Assembly (NCBI RefSeq): GCF_009914755.1
Contig: NC_060930.1
Reading direction: 5' to 3' (one strand)
DNA from: the human T2T-CHM13v2.0 reference genome, Homo sapiens
Length of the DNA: 64,000 bases
Shown: piece after piece, positions 45,101-57,789 of the stretch
How the letters are laid out: each line of letters begins with the position of its first letter
Numbering within the stretch: position 1 is the first letter of the stretch
Program-made: the position numbers and the translations under genes
Notes under the pieces: generated by a model
Told to the model about the DNA's origin: nothing
The model's input: the letters and a program-made list of their open reading frames with translations, nothing else
Databases searched by the model: none

Positions 45101-45976
45101 GTGGTCACCCACTGGTTACGCGTGAGGATGTCCAGGAGACAGGGACTCATGGTGGGCCAGGTTTCGCCATCCTCCCCCATTTGGTGTTCCTCCTCCATTG
45201 CCAACATGGGTAAGTATGGGTCTAATTCTTTACAGGGAAGTGGTAGTTTCCCTACAGCAGCCGAGATAGAAATTATTCTTCTCTCTTTTAAATGCCTGTG
45301 ACAAAGACTCAATTTATTTGGGAGGAAAAACCTATACTACTTTGGGATAAATTGCCTATTCATTTAATATTTTATTTGTTTATGTGTTACATCCCCAGGT
45401 AGATGGCAAACTCCTTGATGTCAAAAATCCAGTCTCATAATTTGGACCCACGTAGTACTGAGCTTGCTAACAGGGTGTGCACAGTAATCATTTGTGGACA
45501 GGACTTTGGTGACTGGAAGTGTTACAAGACAGGAAGACAACAGGCCTTTTCCATTCCCACATTGCATTTTGCTCATTTTCAGTTTTACCCAAGAGTGACT
45601 CAGAAATAAAGTATTCGAAGTCTTGGTCGAAATTTGAAATTGAATCCTTGTGGAAGTTCTTTGGGTTCCGTTGGCTTTGGTGAATGCCCTGCTTGCGTTT
45701 TAGGTGTTTACCCCTGCTCCAAATTCCATCTGGCTTTCCACACCTTTGCCAGATCAGGGTGGAGGAGTCGAGGCCATAGCATTTCTGATTGAAGAAAGAA
45801 AGGAGGGATCACAGAAATACAACAGACACTTCAGAAAAACAGGAGCTCGGAATGGAAAGCCAATACCAGAAACTCGGCTAATCTAACGCAGTCCAAAAAG
45901 CCTAAATACTGGAAGAAAAAATCATCTGAGCTGCTTGTGTCTATTATACAGCTAAAAGCAGTTGAATGACAAAATA

Positions 45977-46160
45977 CAGCCATGGTTACCTAACAGCTTT
46001 TTGGTCAGTGACAGACTGCATATACAATGGTGGCCCCATGAGATTCCAGCGCAGTATTTTTACAGCACCTTTCTACCTTGAGATATGTTTAGGTTCACAA
46101 ATGCCTACCACCGTGTCACAATTGCCTGTGGTACTCTGTACAGTAACGCCTTGTCCAGCC
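45977..46160. mobile_element. Tigger3a/MER7-type DNA transposon fragment
   Basis: ggtcagtgacagactgcatatacaatggtggccccatgagatt...cacaaatgcctaccaccgtgtcacaattgcct. Confidence 0.75.
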
Positions 46161-47730
46161 TCGCGATGATGATGATGCTTCCATAAGGCCCTGCATGGGA
46201 TAAAGCAGTCCCACATGACCAGAACAATCTTCCTACCATGTGTGATATTCATGGGAGACTGGCAAGCAGATGCTCGGCTTCGTCGATACGTCTCTGGTGA
46301 GACCGTCAGCATGGGTTCTCCCCCGAGCCTGACCAACTTTGGGTAAAGTTGGGCTTTGGAATCTACAAAACCCAGGGCCAGTCCCGAGGAGACAGTGTAT
46401 CCATAGCCAGACGTGTTCTTCATGTGAAATAGGTATTTTGCTCCAGTCGTTTTAAATTCAATCCAGTCTCTTTCTCTAAGTCAGTGTTGCTGTGTTGGTC
46501 TTGACCTCAGCAGCTCGACACGGTTTGAGAGCTGAAGAGGGTGCTGTTCTGCCGGCCTCCTCAGCTGAGCTCTGGGTTGAGGAAGACGTCCATACCTTTC
46601 ATTTATTCAAGTGGAAGGAGGGAGGAGCAAGAGCAGGGGAGGGTAAGTGGCAGGGCAAGCAAGGCGGCAGCTGACCATTCCAAGAATTCCCTCCCGCATC
46701 CCGATCTTCCACCTGGAGAGCCAACGGCGCAGCCAGGGAAGTCGAGGCACGCCCACAGTGGCACCAACAGCTGGGACCTCTTATCGCATTTGCGTTTCAG
46801 CTTCTGAGTTCAGCGAGCTGTAAAAATACCTTATGATCTTTCAAAAAGCGATTTTCCCTCCAAGCACACACATGTTATGAAATGTTCTTTCTTGCCCCTT
46901 CCCCCATTTTTATAAACTCAGAGCAATGTGGATACCAGATTACTAAAAGTCAATTCCATTAAGAAGCAAAGAACCGAAAATGAAAACGCATCTGCCAGCT
47001 CACACTCTGCAGTGGCCTTCCATCCACGGGTCCTTGTTGCCAGGATCAAATCTCTCTTTTCTGGAAACCAGGTCCCTTCCTCTTGGAAGGTCATGTGTTG
47101 TGGTAACAATGGCACTAACAAAGGTAATTGTTGTTCCCAGCAGAGAGCAAACTCCTAGAGGCAGGGCTGGGGATGTGACTGTCCCTTGTCCAGAGAGAGG
47201 CTGGCCCACAATAGGTGTCCAAGGAGAATCAGAATGGGTTTATGTAAGTGATTTTCTAGTCATGTACACAAATTATGATTGAGGAAAATCAAAACAAAAG
47301 AGCCAATCGAAATTTGATTTCCAGATCTGCAAATCCATTTGATTAAGAAAGAAAGAACATATCTCAGAGAGTCTATAGACTGAGAGGGTTGCTGGTGCAG
47401 CACTCAGATCCTACGCAGAAGCACTTGGTAATAACATACTATATTACTATTAAGTATTCAAAAAGTACTTTCTAATTTTTCCCTCCAGACTATATTGTTA
47501 GAGGTGGTTAGATTTCAAGCTGCCTTTATGAATATGGCTCAGTGCTTTGGCAGAGACCAAATATGCCAGAGAGGAGAGTGTCTCGCCGGCTCTGCACTTT
47601 GAATATTCTCCTTCACGCAAAACAAAACAAAACAAAAATGTTGCCTATTTATCACAAGAAGCTTTTGGGGTTGGCAGTAGATGAAAACTGTGTGTGCTTA
47701 AGGTATGCATAATCTGGTTTATACTATCTT

Positions 47731-48028
47731 TTTTTTTTTTTTTTTTTGAGACAGAGTCTCGTTCTGTCGCCCAGGCTGGAGTGCAGTGGCATGATCTGGG
47801 CTCACTGCAAGCTCCGCCTCCTGAGTTCACGCCATTCTCCTGCCTCAGCCTCCTGAGCAGCTGGGACTACAGGCACCCGCTACCACGCCCAGCTAATTTT
47901 TTGTATTTTTAGTAGAGACGGGGTTTCATCATGTTAGCCAGGATGGTCTCGATCTCCTGACCTCATGATCCACCCACCTTGGCCTCCCAAAGTGCTGGGA
48001 TTACAGGCTTGAGCCACCGCGCCTGGCC
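47731..48028 (-). mobile_element. AluY-type SINE
   Basis: Poly-T tail and Y diagnostics. TSD ggttta[t/c]actatctt. Confidence 0.95.
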
Positions 48029-48861
48029 GGTTTACACTATCTTGTTTTATTGGTCTTATTACCAGTGATTTAGTGATTTATTATTCCCCAGGGTCTCCAA
48101 GAATACACTGACTCTTCCTCGCTTTAATGAAAAGGGCCAGTATCACAGATCCGCAGTAGAAACTGTGTAATTTTGAATACCAACCTGGAGGTCAGCGTCT
48201 TCCTGAGGCTAAGCCCCCGCACCTGCTCAACCCCAGGTTTGAGGCTGGAAGCACCAGATCGAAGCCTGGCAAAGGAGACGCCCTTTTATTTCAGGCTGCA
48301 CAGACATAATTTCCTCAAGGGAACCCTTGTTTAGAGTGATTTCTAGGAAACATACTGCTAAACCCCCAGTTGCTGCTTCTATACTGTAATGTGTGGTTGG
48401 AGGTTAGGGCTCAGCTGCTTTCTCGATGAGGACGTCAGTGAACCCAGACAGACGTTCAGGCTGCTGAGTCCGCACTGCTGCGGTGCTGGCTCTATGTGGT
48501 GTATTTTGTCTAGGAAAGAAATGTCTAGCCAAGAACATAGCTAACCCAAACCAATCACACCCCAACACTCCTAACTTGTCTCCTATCTGCACATTTCCAT
48601 GTTAGGAAGGAAAGAATGAAAACTGCCCGATATTAGAGTCTGCCCCGCCGAGGGTAGCACTCAAATCTAGATTTAGCCTTTTTTCCAGAGGCTTAGCTGT
48701 TTTTGGTCCTTTCAACTGGGTAAAAAGTTAAACTAATTTCTCCACAATGCCTTAGGGTGCTTTGTATTCAATAAACAGTAAATAAGTAACATAATTATTC
48801 GTTCATCTTATTTCATCTTTTTGCACCAAGCTACAGAACTGTCTCTGCCATGACTCACACT

Positions 48862-49894
48862 TGCAAACCAAAAATAAAATCCTAAGCTCCCCAGTCAACA
48901 CAATGGACTGTCCTCTTGGCCACTGGCATTCATTCCAAAGAGAACTAAAAAGCTAGTCCAGGCTTGGATGGGAAGTGGGGTCGGACGTGCCTCAAAACGA
49001 GGGTAAAATACCCTTTTCCCTTTGGAGTTCTGGCACAACTGATCACCAGTCACATGAAAACAGAGACCTTAAGACCCGCAGCACAGACTCTTAGCAGCAA
49101 TAAGATGCTAATTCCACCCTGACTGTAGTATAACATCACGTGGTAAGTAGCTGACCCTGAGAGAGACTGAAGTATTTTACCCCAAACTATATTTCTTTGA
49201 CTTGTTTTGAAATGGCCCTGCAAAGCTGTCTTTTGTGGGGAAAGTCCACTTTCTATAGCGTCCCCTTCCCTTTCTAGATGTTTTTCCTGATCTAGGAGAT
49301 AATTAAGTAACAGTCTGAGAAGCACCTCCCTAGGTCTGATAGCTCTGCAGCCTGCTACCTGGAGGCCAATTCTGCATGATAAAATCTTGTTCTCCAAAAC
49401 CCTTATTTTAACCAACACATTCCTTCCTATTGACTCCAGCTCTTTAAATAATAACTTAACTCTTTCAACTAATTGCCTGTTTTTCTCTCTTTGTTGGAGA
49501 ATGAAGTTTTGCTATGTTGTCCAGGCAGGCCTTGAACTCCTGGGCTCCAGCAATCCTCCTCCTGCCTCCGCTTCCCTAAGTGCCAGGATTACAAACATGA
49601 GCCACCATGCCCAGCCTCAATCAATTGCCAATCAGAAAATCTTTGAATCCATCTGTGACCTGAAAGGCTTCACTCTGAGCTGTCCTGCCTTTCCAGACCC
49701 AACCAATGCACACCTTGCATAGCTGGTTGATGTCTTCTGTCTCTTTGAAACATGTAAAACCAAGCTGCAGCCCGAACACCTTGGCCACATGTTCCCAGGA
49801 CCTCCTGGGGCTGTGTCATGGGTCATGGTCCCCATATTTGGCTCAGAATAAATCTCCTTAAATATTTTACAGAGTTCAACTCTTTTCATTGACA
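48862..49894 (+). mobile_element. MER4-family ERV1 solo LTR
   Basis: tgcaaaccaaaaataaaatcctaag ... ggctcagaataaatctc...cttttcattgaca. Near 4-bp TSD cact/catt. Confidence 0.85.
49478..49616 (-). pseudogene. Monomeric Alu-like retrocopy, probably derived from BC200 (BCYRN1) RNA
   Basis: Minus strand reads ggctgggcatggtggctc...cacttAgggaag...ggccTgcctggacaacatagcaaaacttcaTTCTCCAacaaagagagaaaaa. Capitals match recalled BC200 rather than FLAM_C/Alu. TSD tcaa[ct/tc]aattgcc. Confidence 0.7.
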
Positions 49895-50289
49895 CATTCT
49901 TGCTTTCAAGTAATAAAAATCCACTCCAAACTAGCTTAAGAAAAAAGACCAATTTGTAAGATGTGTTACCTAAATAAACCCCAGGGCCAAGCCCATTTTC
50001 TGCATGGAATTGCAGTTTATGAAGGCCAGTCTAACAACAAAAAGTATTAAAGAGGCACCTTAATTATTTTATTTAAAATTTTTCTCCCCTGACACTGAGG
50101 GGCCCCTTTCCTCCTGCTGCCATCCCTTGAGGAACACACAGGTTTCTGAGGGATACAAAGCCCCTTCCTTCTCTCCCCAGCCCTCTCTCTCCTCTCTTTG
50201 CTGTAGTTAGCCTTTTCTTCTTTCTAGCTTCTTTTCCATTCTAAACATTGCCTTGATTTTACAACCCCAAAAGCCTGGGAACTAGGCTT

Positions 50290-51960
50290 TCTCACTCTTC
50301 TGGATTTCAGGCTCCCTCGGATCCGGCTGTTGCCACAGCTGTGCAGCAGAGGCAGGGGCTGCCCTCAGCATGGGCACGCACGGCCCTTCAGCTATGGGAG
50401 TGTCAGCTGCAGATGGCTCAGCTGAATCCCGCCCAGAAGCTGCCCTTGGCAGAGGGAGCGCCCTCACCCAAGATTCTGCCCCTCCCAGCACTTCCTTTTT
50501 TAGTGACTGGGCCCTGCAGGGGCGCAAGGCCTCCCTCAGTGCCCCCTCCCTTTCTGAAAGACACCTCTCAGGCACCTGCATGGGATCAGCTATTATCTTG
50601 TCAATAAAAAAGAGTCAAACTCTGTACAACACTAGAAGAGATTTATTCTGAGCCAAATGTGAGGACCAGGATGCACGACACAGCCCCAGGAGGTCCTGAG
50701 AACACATGCCCACGGTCGTTGGGTAACAGCTTGATTTTATATGTTTTAGGGGAATAGAAGTTACAGGCACGGACATCAGTCAACACATGTAAGGTGTACA
50801 TTGGTTTGGCTCAGAAAAGCAGACAACCCAGAGCAGGGGCTTCCAGGTCATAGGTGGATTCAAAGATTTCCTAATTGGCCGCTGGTTAAAAGGGCTAAGC
50901 TCTGCCTGAAGAGTTGAAGTTAGCAGAAAGAAATGTTTATAGTTCAGATAAGGGGGACTGTGGAAGCCAAGGTTCTTGTATGTAGATGAAGCCTTCAGAT
51001 ACAGTCTTCAGAGAGAATACAGGACAGATGCTCTCATGAGACCCTAGAAGGTGCCAGACTCTTAGCTAAATCTCCCCTGGATCAGGAAAAGACCTGGAAA
51101 GGGAAGGGGATTCTCTGCAGAATGTAGGCTTTCCCCACAAGAGACAGTTTTCAGGCCGTTTCAAAGCATGTCAAAGAAATATATTTGGGGGTAAAAGACT
51201 TTTATTTCTTTCATTCAGGGCCTGTCATGTCAACATCTGTCATGTTGGTATCTTATTGCTACTAAGAGTCTGTTTGGTCCATCTGAAGGTCTCTGTTTTT
51301 ATGTTAATGCTGGTCTGCTGAGCCCAAATTCTAAAGACAGGAGAGTTTAATGAGGCATGTATAACCCTGCTTCCCATCATGACCTGAAGTCCTTTTACAA
51401 GTTAACTTTGCAATGCCCTTGTCTGAGAGAAGGGGTCCATTCAGTTGGTTGTGGGCTCAGGATTTTACCATTGGTTTACAATATTTCTGTGACTTCATCT
51501 CCATTCAATTCTGCCTCTGCTTAATCCCAGTCCTCTGCCTTCTCACAGATGTGGTTCCCAAGGGCACCCCCAATAAAACTTCTCTGTGCATATCTACGTC
51601 TCAGAGCCTGTTTTGTGGTGACAAAACCAAAACAGTCGATACCAGGTATGGTACAAAACAGCTGACCTTAAAATGAGATTCTGTGAACTGAATTATTTAC
51701 TGGTTGACTGTCCGTCAAGACCCCAAGACAGTTAGTAGGAGATGAACCCATAGCCCCTGTCCTACGAAAGCCACGTCCATAAACAGAACATTGCAATGCC
51801 CAACAGAAATGCAGTTCAGGTGGGAGGGAAGGCAATGATGGGACAATCCCTCAGGTGTTTGGGAAGTTTGAAGTCAGTCGTTATAATTACTTAAAAGCAA
51901 CATGGATCAGAGAGTTAGATGCTGTGGGTATGGAAAAGACAATGCAAGGCTAAGGGTGGC
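50290..51960 (+). mobile_element. LTR16-like ERVL LTR split by a MER4 LTR, followed by ERVL internal sequence
   Basis: cccttcagctatgggagtgtcagctgc upstream; cccaagggcacccccaataaaacttctctgtgcatatctacgtctcagagcctgttt downstream, then gtcgataccagg at the internal start. Confidence 0.55.
50599..51480 (-). mobile_element. MER4-family ERV1 solo LTR
   Basis: tgtcaataaaaaagagtcaaactctgta...gagatttattctgagccaaat ... ggattttaccattggtttaca. Near TSD atct/atat. Confidence 0.85.
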
Positions 51961-53394
51961 TGTCTTACTCTCTTTGGGCTGCTATCATGAAATACCAGAA
52001 GTTGGGTGGCTTATCAACAGCCAGTGTTTATTTCCCACAATTCTTTGCTGGGGGCAGTGCATGCTGCCTGGGGCCTTCGGGAGTCACTCCTGGGGTGGGA
52101 GAAGAGCAGGACACAGACCCCTCCAGGTGGGGCAGTAGTGGGCAGCGGGAGCCCGCCTGGAGTGGGTGAAGAGCAAGGTGCAGAACCTCCAGGTGGGGCA
52201 GCACTTGGCGGGGGAACCCTACCTTTGAAATCATTCTGAACCCCGCCCCCCAACCAGGCCCTAGTCCTTACCCCTTCATCATGTAATGGACTGCAGGTCC
52301 TGCCTGGATGGCCTGGGAATCCCCCACTATCATGACGAATGGCACCTTGCTTTCAATGAGAGGGCTATTTCACACTCATCTCCTTATGAAAGTGTGGCAT
52401 GGCCCCACCCTTGTTTTCTTCCAAACTGGCAACCAGATTTCTCATTTTTTTCTAGTATGAATAGGCTGAAAATCTTTCAACTTTTTAAGTTCTGCTCCAC
52501 TGTTAATTAACATTCTATCTTTAAATCATTTCTCTCTTCTTAAATTTTACTATAAGCAGTCAGGAAGAACCAGACCACTCTCTGTCAACACTTTGCCCAG
52601 AGATTTCCTCACCTAACTATCCTATTTCATCGCTCACAAGTTCTACCTTTCACAAAACATGAGGTCATACCCACAGTTCACTAAGTTCTTTGCTGCTTTG
52701 TAACAAGGATGGCCTTTTCTTTCATTGTCCAATAACATGTTTCTCATTTATACCTCAGATCTCATCAGAATGACCTTTCTCACTCATATGTCTACCTGCA
52801 TTCTGTTCACAACCACTTAGGTGTTCTCTAAGAAGATCAAAGCTTTCTCTGCAACTCTCCTCTTTCCTCCTCTGAGCCATCACCAGAACCACCGTGCACG
52901 GCAATGAAGGCTTTTTCCAGCCTGCCACATCAAAACTCTGCAGCCTCTACTCATTACGCAGTTCCAAAGTCATTTCCATATTTTGGCTATTTCTTACATG
53001 AGCACCCTGCTCCTGTTACTAATTTTCAGTCTTAGTCTCTTTGGGCTGCTGTAACAAAATACCATAAACTGGGTGGCTTATAAACAACCAACATTTACTT
53101 CTCACAGTTCTGGAGGCCGGAAGTCTAAGATTAAGGTGCCAGCAGATTTGGTATCTGATGAGAGTCATGGATTCCTAGCTCATAGGTGATGACTTCTTGC
53201 TGTGTTCTTACATGGTGGAAGGGACAAGGGAACTCTCTGGGGTCTCTTTTATAAGGGCACGAATCCCATTCATAAGTGATGCAATCTAGTGACCTAATCA
53301 CCTCCCAAAGGCCCCAGGTCCTGATGCTATCACCTTGGAAATTAGTATTTTAATACATAGATTTTGGAGGGACACAAACATTCAGATGATAGCA
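51961..53394 (-). mobile_element. MLT1A-type MaLR: partial LTR, internal remnant and complete LTR (53029-53394)
   Basis: Two copies of gtctta(c/g)tctctttgggctgct...aatacca, with MaLR-internal-like sequence between them. Confidence 0.75.
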
Positions 53395-53399
53395 ATGAT

Positions 53400-54230
53400 T
53401 ACCCACTAGTTTAATGCAAAATGTAGATGTTAAAGGTCTATGTTAATACTTCTGCTCTTTGTCCTAATATGGTGTAAAGGGCCCTGGACCCTATGAAAAT
53501 TCCCAGAAGTATCACACTCATCCGTTATGTTGATGACATTATACTTATTGGAATGAATGAGAAGTGTCCACTTTGCCAGATGTCTGTTAGATACACGTGT
53601 TACGGATCTAACTCTGGGATTCATTTAGCCCAGCATGCAGAAACTTGTGAGATGGTGAAGTGAGCCATGGGTTGGAACCAGTTCATGTGGACTGAGCACA
53701 GAACTCGGAAGTGTAAGGTGCATACAGAGGAGGCCAGGCTGCCCATCACAGTCTCTGCAGCACCTCTGCCTCCCTTTACCCCTGTGGCCACACTTTGGAC
53801 CTCTGCCAGTAGGGAGAAAGTTCAACCTGGGTCAGAGTTGGGACATCTCACTGCGACGTGCAGCTGGAAATAGATGGTGTCTGCAGGACAGCCCACTCAG
53901 GACTGGCCCCAGACATAGATGGGGGCTGCAAGACAGCTCATTTAGGGGTGGCCCTGGACATAGATGGCGGCTGCAGATCAGCTCACTCAGGACTGGCCCT
54001 AAGGAAGACATGGGAGGAGCTTCAAGCCCTGTCCCTGATTATCTGATCCGCGTATGAAACTGCAGTTGACTTAAAGTGAGAAAACATAAATGCATGGATG
54101 GCAATTAACGGCCTGGCAGTGTGGTGAAGAGCCAGTAAGGAGAGCGATGACAGGAATTGTTTGGAGAGGAGAGAACGTCTTCTGAGAGGACCAGGAGAAG
54201 TGGGTACCTCAGCTATGGGAGTGGGCACCA
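53400..54230 (+). mobile_element. ERVL pol remnant (RT and RNase H region)
   Basis: About 53457-53552 translates LCPNMV*RALDPMKIPRSITLIRYVDDIILIG, with YVDD at 53526-53537. This resembles ERVL LCHNLVRRDLD...ITLVHYIDDIMLIG. Confidence 0.75.
53870..54002. repeat. 45-bp tandem repeat, 3 copies
   Basis: atagatgg...ctgca...cagc(c/t)ca(c/t)t(c/t)agg...tggccc starting at 53870, 53915 and 53960. Confidence 0.9.
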
Positions 54231-54560
54231 TGGACTATGGAGTGGGCACCATGGACTCCAGTGGGCACCACGGACTCTGTAGTGAGCACCATGGACTGTG
54301 GTGTGGACACCATGGGTTGTGAAGTGGACACAGGGACTCACTGTGGAGTGGGCACCATGGATTTTGGAGCGGGCAGCATAGACTGGGGTGGGCATCATCT
54401 CCTGTACAGTGGGCACCATGGACTGTGGGGTGGGCACCACGGACTGTAGAGTGGGCACCATGGAGTATGGAGTGGGCACCATGGACTGTGGGGTGGGCAC
54501 CATGGAGTATGGAGTGGGCACCATGGACTGTGGAGTGGGCACCCTGGTTTGTGAAGTGGG
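54215..54560. repeat. 21-bp minisatellite, about 16 copies (ggagtgggcaccatggactgt)
   Basis: Directly visible. It produces the MVPTPQS/MVPTPYS heptad in the minus-strand ORF. Confidence 0.95.
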
Positions 54561-56599
54561 AGTTATGACAGTGAAAATGAAATTTTTTTATGACATATTA
54601 TTGCTCCTCCTGGAATCTCCCCTACAGATGAGGCAAAAATCAAATCAAGTACACACCATGCCTTGCTCCCCGGTGCTTTCAGCCCCACAGTCTGGCTCAG
54701 TGGATGCCTGGAAGTTCCTGGCCCAGCAGGGCGGGTCCCTACTCATCCGGGCATTGCCTGATGAGCGATCCGCCATGGCCAAATGTTTCATCTGTCAGAT
54801 TCAGGCACCCATGCCGGACCCAACGTGGCAGTGTCCCCGGTCGGGGGTGGATGCAGTGGACCTCTTTCCTCCAGAAGGAGCAGCGATGCCTCGTCCGCAG
54901 TTGACGCGTCTCTGAATCCCACCGCAGACCCCCCGCTGGGTCCCCACTGCAACTGCATCCAGTGCCGTATTTCAGCACATGGGCGGTAGCGCGTTTATGC
55001 AGCGTTTTCCTACCCCCAGCCCTGCATGCTATGGAGAATTTTGTATTTGCCTACTTAGCTGCTCTTTGGTTTGAGGTCAGGCATGATTTCAAAGACAGCA
55101 AATGTCAGATGACACAAACAGTATCCACTCTAACTCCAGCCACATGAGTTAACCTGAGTCTCCTTCTGTGCAATCCCGAATCTGTGGTTGCAGCTCTTGG
55201 AGCCCTGGGCTCCCCAGGCGCACCGGCGCCATCTCTAGGTGAGGGACGTGTTATCAGAAATGAAGGGACTGAAGGGCACTAAGGGACTGAAGGGCACCAA
55301 TACCACCAGCTGTATCTGTTCTCTAAAAAACATCAGTGAATATGTGGTTTTTGAAGACAATATATGAGCCACCTTCTTGTAAGTATTTTCATGGCAGAAG
55401 ACACGACTAATGACTAAAATACTACTCTGCATAGTTTGAATAGTTAACTTCTTCCAGGCGTCTTCTCAGTTAACTTTTCTCTTGTCAGGGCAGTGGCTCA
55501 GTCCTGTAAACACAGCCTTTCTAAATTTAAACCAAGACAATGGCTTTTATCTCATTACAGGCATTTCCCTCTTTTCCCACCTCCACAGGATGGCATAAAG
55601 TTTGTTACTGAATAAACATTTCACCCTCTGTAATGTTGTAACATGGAAAATCCATCCGTACGTATCTATAAGAACGAAAGAAAAATAATTACTCCTTCGA
55701 CATCCAAGCAAGGGATGAGATAATCCATGCCCTTTCTCTCTACCAAAGGATCTAGTCCATAATTGGAGATTAAGTCAAATTAGTATTTGTTAAATAGACA
55801 ATCAATGACTTAGATGAATAAATTATGTTTACCAGCCACCCCCTACTAATTCATTCAACATACCCTTAACAATTTGAATTAATAGCCGTAATTCTGAACC
55901 CATGGATCAAAAGAAAATAGTAATTTTAAATTTCTACTCAGAGAAATAAACCATAGACACAAAACAAATACAGAGTATAAGTCTATATTATAAGCATTGT
56001 AAAACAGCATTTTGCCAGTGTGCATAGTCTCTTCTTAGGAATAGAAAGTAAGAGAATATCATTTCCCAATGATTTTTATAAATAGCATAAAGGCTATTCT
56101 TGTGCCTTTTCAGTATATTTATCCAGCCTGTTACTTTCAGAAGCCTCCATTTGTTAGATAAGATTGTTTAAATAGCTGATAAATCTGATTTTCTAGGTTG
56201 TCAACCTCAGGTTATATCCATAAAAGTTGAGCATTATTACATATGTCCTAAGTCTCTGCAGACATTGAAGACCCAGAATAACTTTTCTGGCATTAGATGA
56301 AATATTCATAGTGGAATGTTTACATGTTTAATACTTGTAAAATGTTCAACCATAAATATCATTCTCCACAATAACCATAAGATTTAGAAAAACAAGTGCA
56401 GTTTAAAGATCCCAGGGGAATTATAACTAACCATTGATGTTTAATAATGAACATCAAAGCCCAAAACATTATTTATATAACCAACTACCCTGTTTCTCAC
56501 ATGACATGCCTAATAATGTCTTGTTTACTAAATGTTGATTACAGAGATACAGTTTCCTTTTGGTAAGTTTTCAAAAATGTTGCAGGTCAAACAATGGAC

Positions 56600-57046
56600 A
56601 TGTATGTTCACAGCAGCACCATTCACAGTCAAGAGGTAGAAACAGCTCAAATGCCCCCCAGCAGATGAACGGACAGACAAACTGTGGCATATCCCCACAA
56701 TGGAATATTATTCAGCTATGAAAAGGAGTGAAGCTCTGACATGTGCTAGAGCATGGATAAAACCTGAAAGCACTGTGCATCCAGGCACAAAGACTTCTAT
56801 TGCATGATTCCTTGTATATGAAATGTCCAGAACAGGCAAATCCACAGACAGAAAGTAGATCAGTGGTTTTGGGGGGCTGGGAGTGACTGCTTAATGGATA
56901 TGGGATTTCCCTTTGGGGTGATGAAAATATTTCAGAACTAGACAGTGGCAATGGTTGCACAACATTGTAAATGTACTAAAAGCCACTGAACTGTTCACTT
57001 TAACATTGTGAATTGTATGTGATGTGAATTTCCTCTCAATAAAAAA
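56600..57046 (+). mobile_element. L1MB-type 3'-end fragment
   Basis: gaaatgtccagaacaggcaaatccacagacagaaagtagatcagtgg...ggggtgatgaaaatatttcagaactaga...ctcaataaaaaa. Confidence 0.85.
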
Positions 57047-57789
57047 GCAGGAAAAAAAGGTAGAGGCCTTGAATTAAAAAGGCAAAAAATAGTTATTTAA
57101 AATTCCAAGGGAAAAAGTAATGTAGTAGCAAGATGGAGAGCCTGCTCTGCACAGAGTGAGGGAGCTTCCGCCCAAGCACGAGCACCGGCTCTGCCTGGCC
57201 AGCCGCTCATCAGTGAGTCAGCCTCCACAGCCCCTTCTCCTGGAAAACAAGAGCAACATCAATCTTGTCTTGTTTTGTTCAGTGCACTGCTGTGAGTATG
57301 AAACCATACGAAAACACAGACATGTGTGCCTTTAAACTCTATAAACAAACAAACTGAGCTACATAGAAATGCAAAGATGTGGACATCCAGACATGACCTT
57401 TTGAGGGTCACCATTTACAAGGGAAAAATGTATGTACTACTGAGGATGCGGCTGGCACTCTGCATTCAGTAATGTTTCCAGGGAAGAAAGTGGTATCAGG
57501 TGGGATTATAATTGATATAAAACATTGCAATAATTACTCTTTCCAGCATTCTTCTCTGAAAACAATATAACTTCAATGTATTTGTGATGGCTAATGAATC
57601 ACTATTTATGATGGTTTGCGGATAACATTATTGACTCAAAACTGTATCATCTTCAGATATTTTGAGAAATGTTCTGTGGTTGTCAAATGTAATAAGTCCA
57701 AAATCTCAGGGTGTAAAACACTTGAAGCATTTATTTTCTGTTTCTATTTCTATTCCATTTACATGTATAATAATGTCAAGCATTTATAT

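Noticed and set aside
42048-45301. 882, 977 and 985 aa His/Thr/Pro-rich ORFs in all three plus frames
   Set aside because: The C/A-rich repeat strand almost lacks stop codons. Three overlapping open frames with slippage-variable units indicate a compositional artefact, not a gene.
54700-55240. CpG-enriched patch as a promoter island (similar patches at about 10.9-11.1 kb and 46.2-46.8 kb)
   Set aside because: Short, only modestly CpG-rich and without a linked gene structure.
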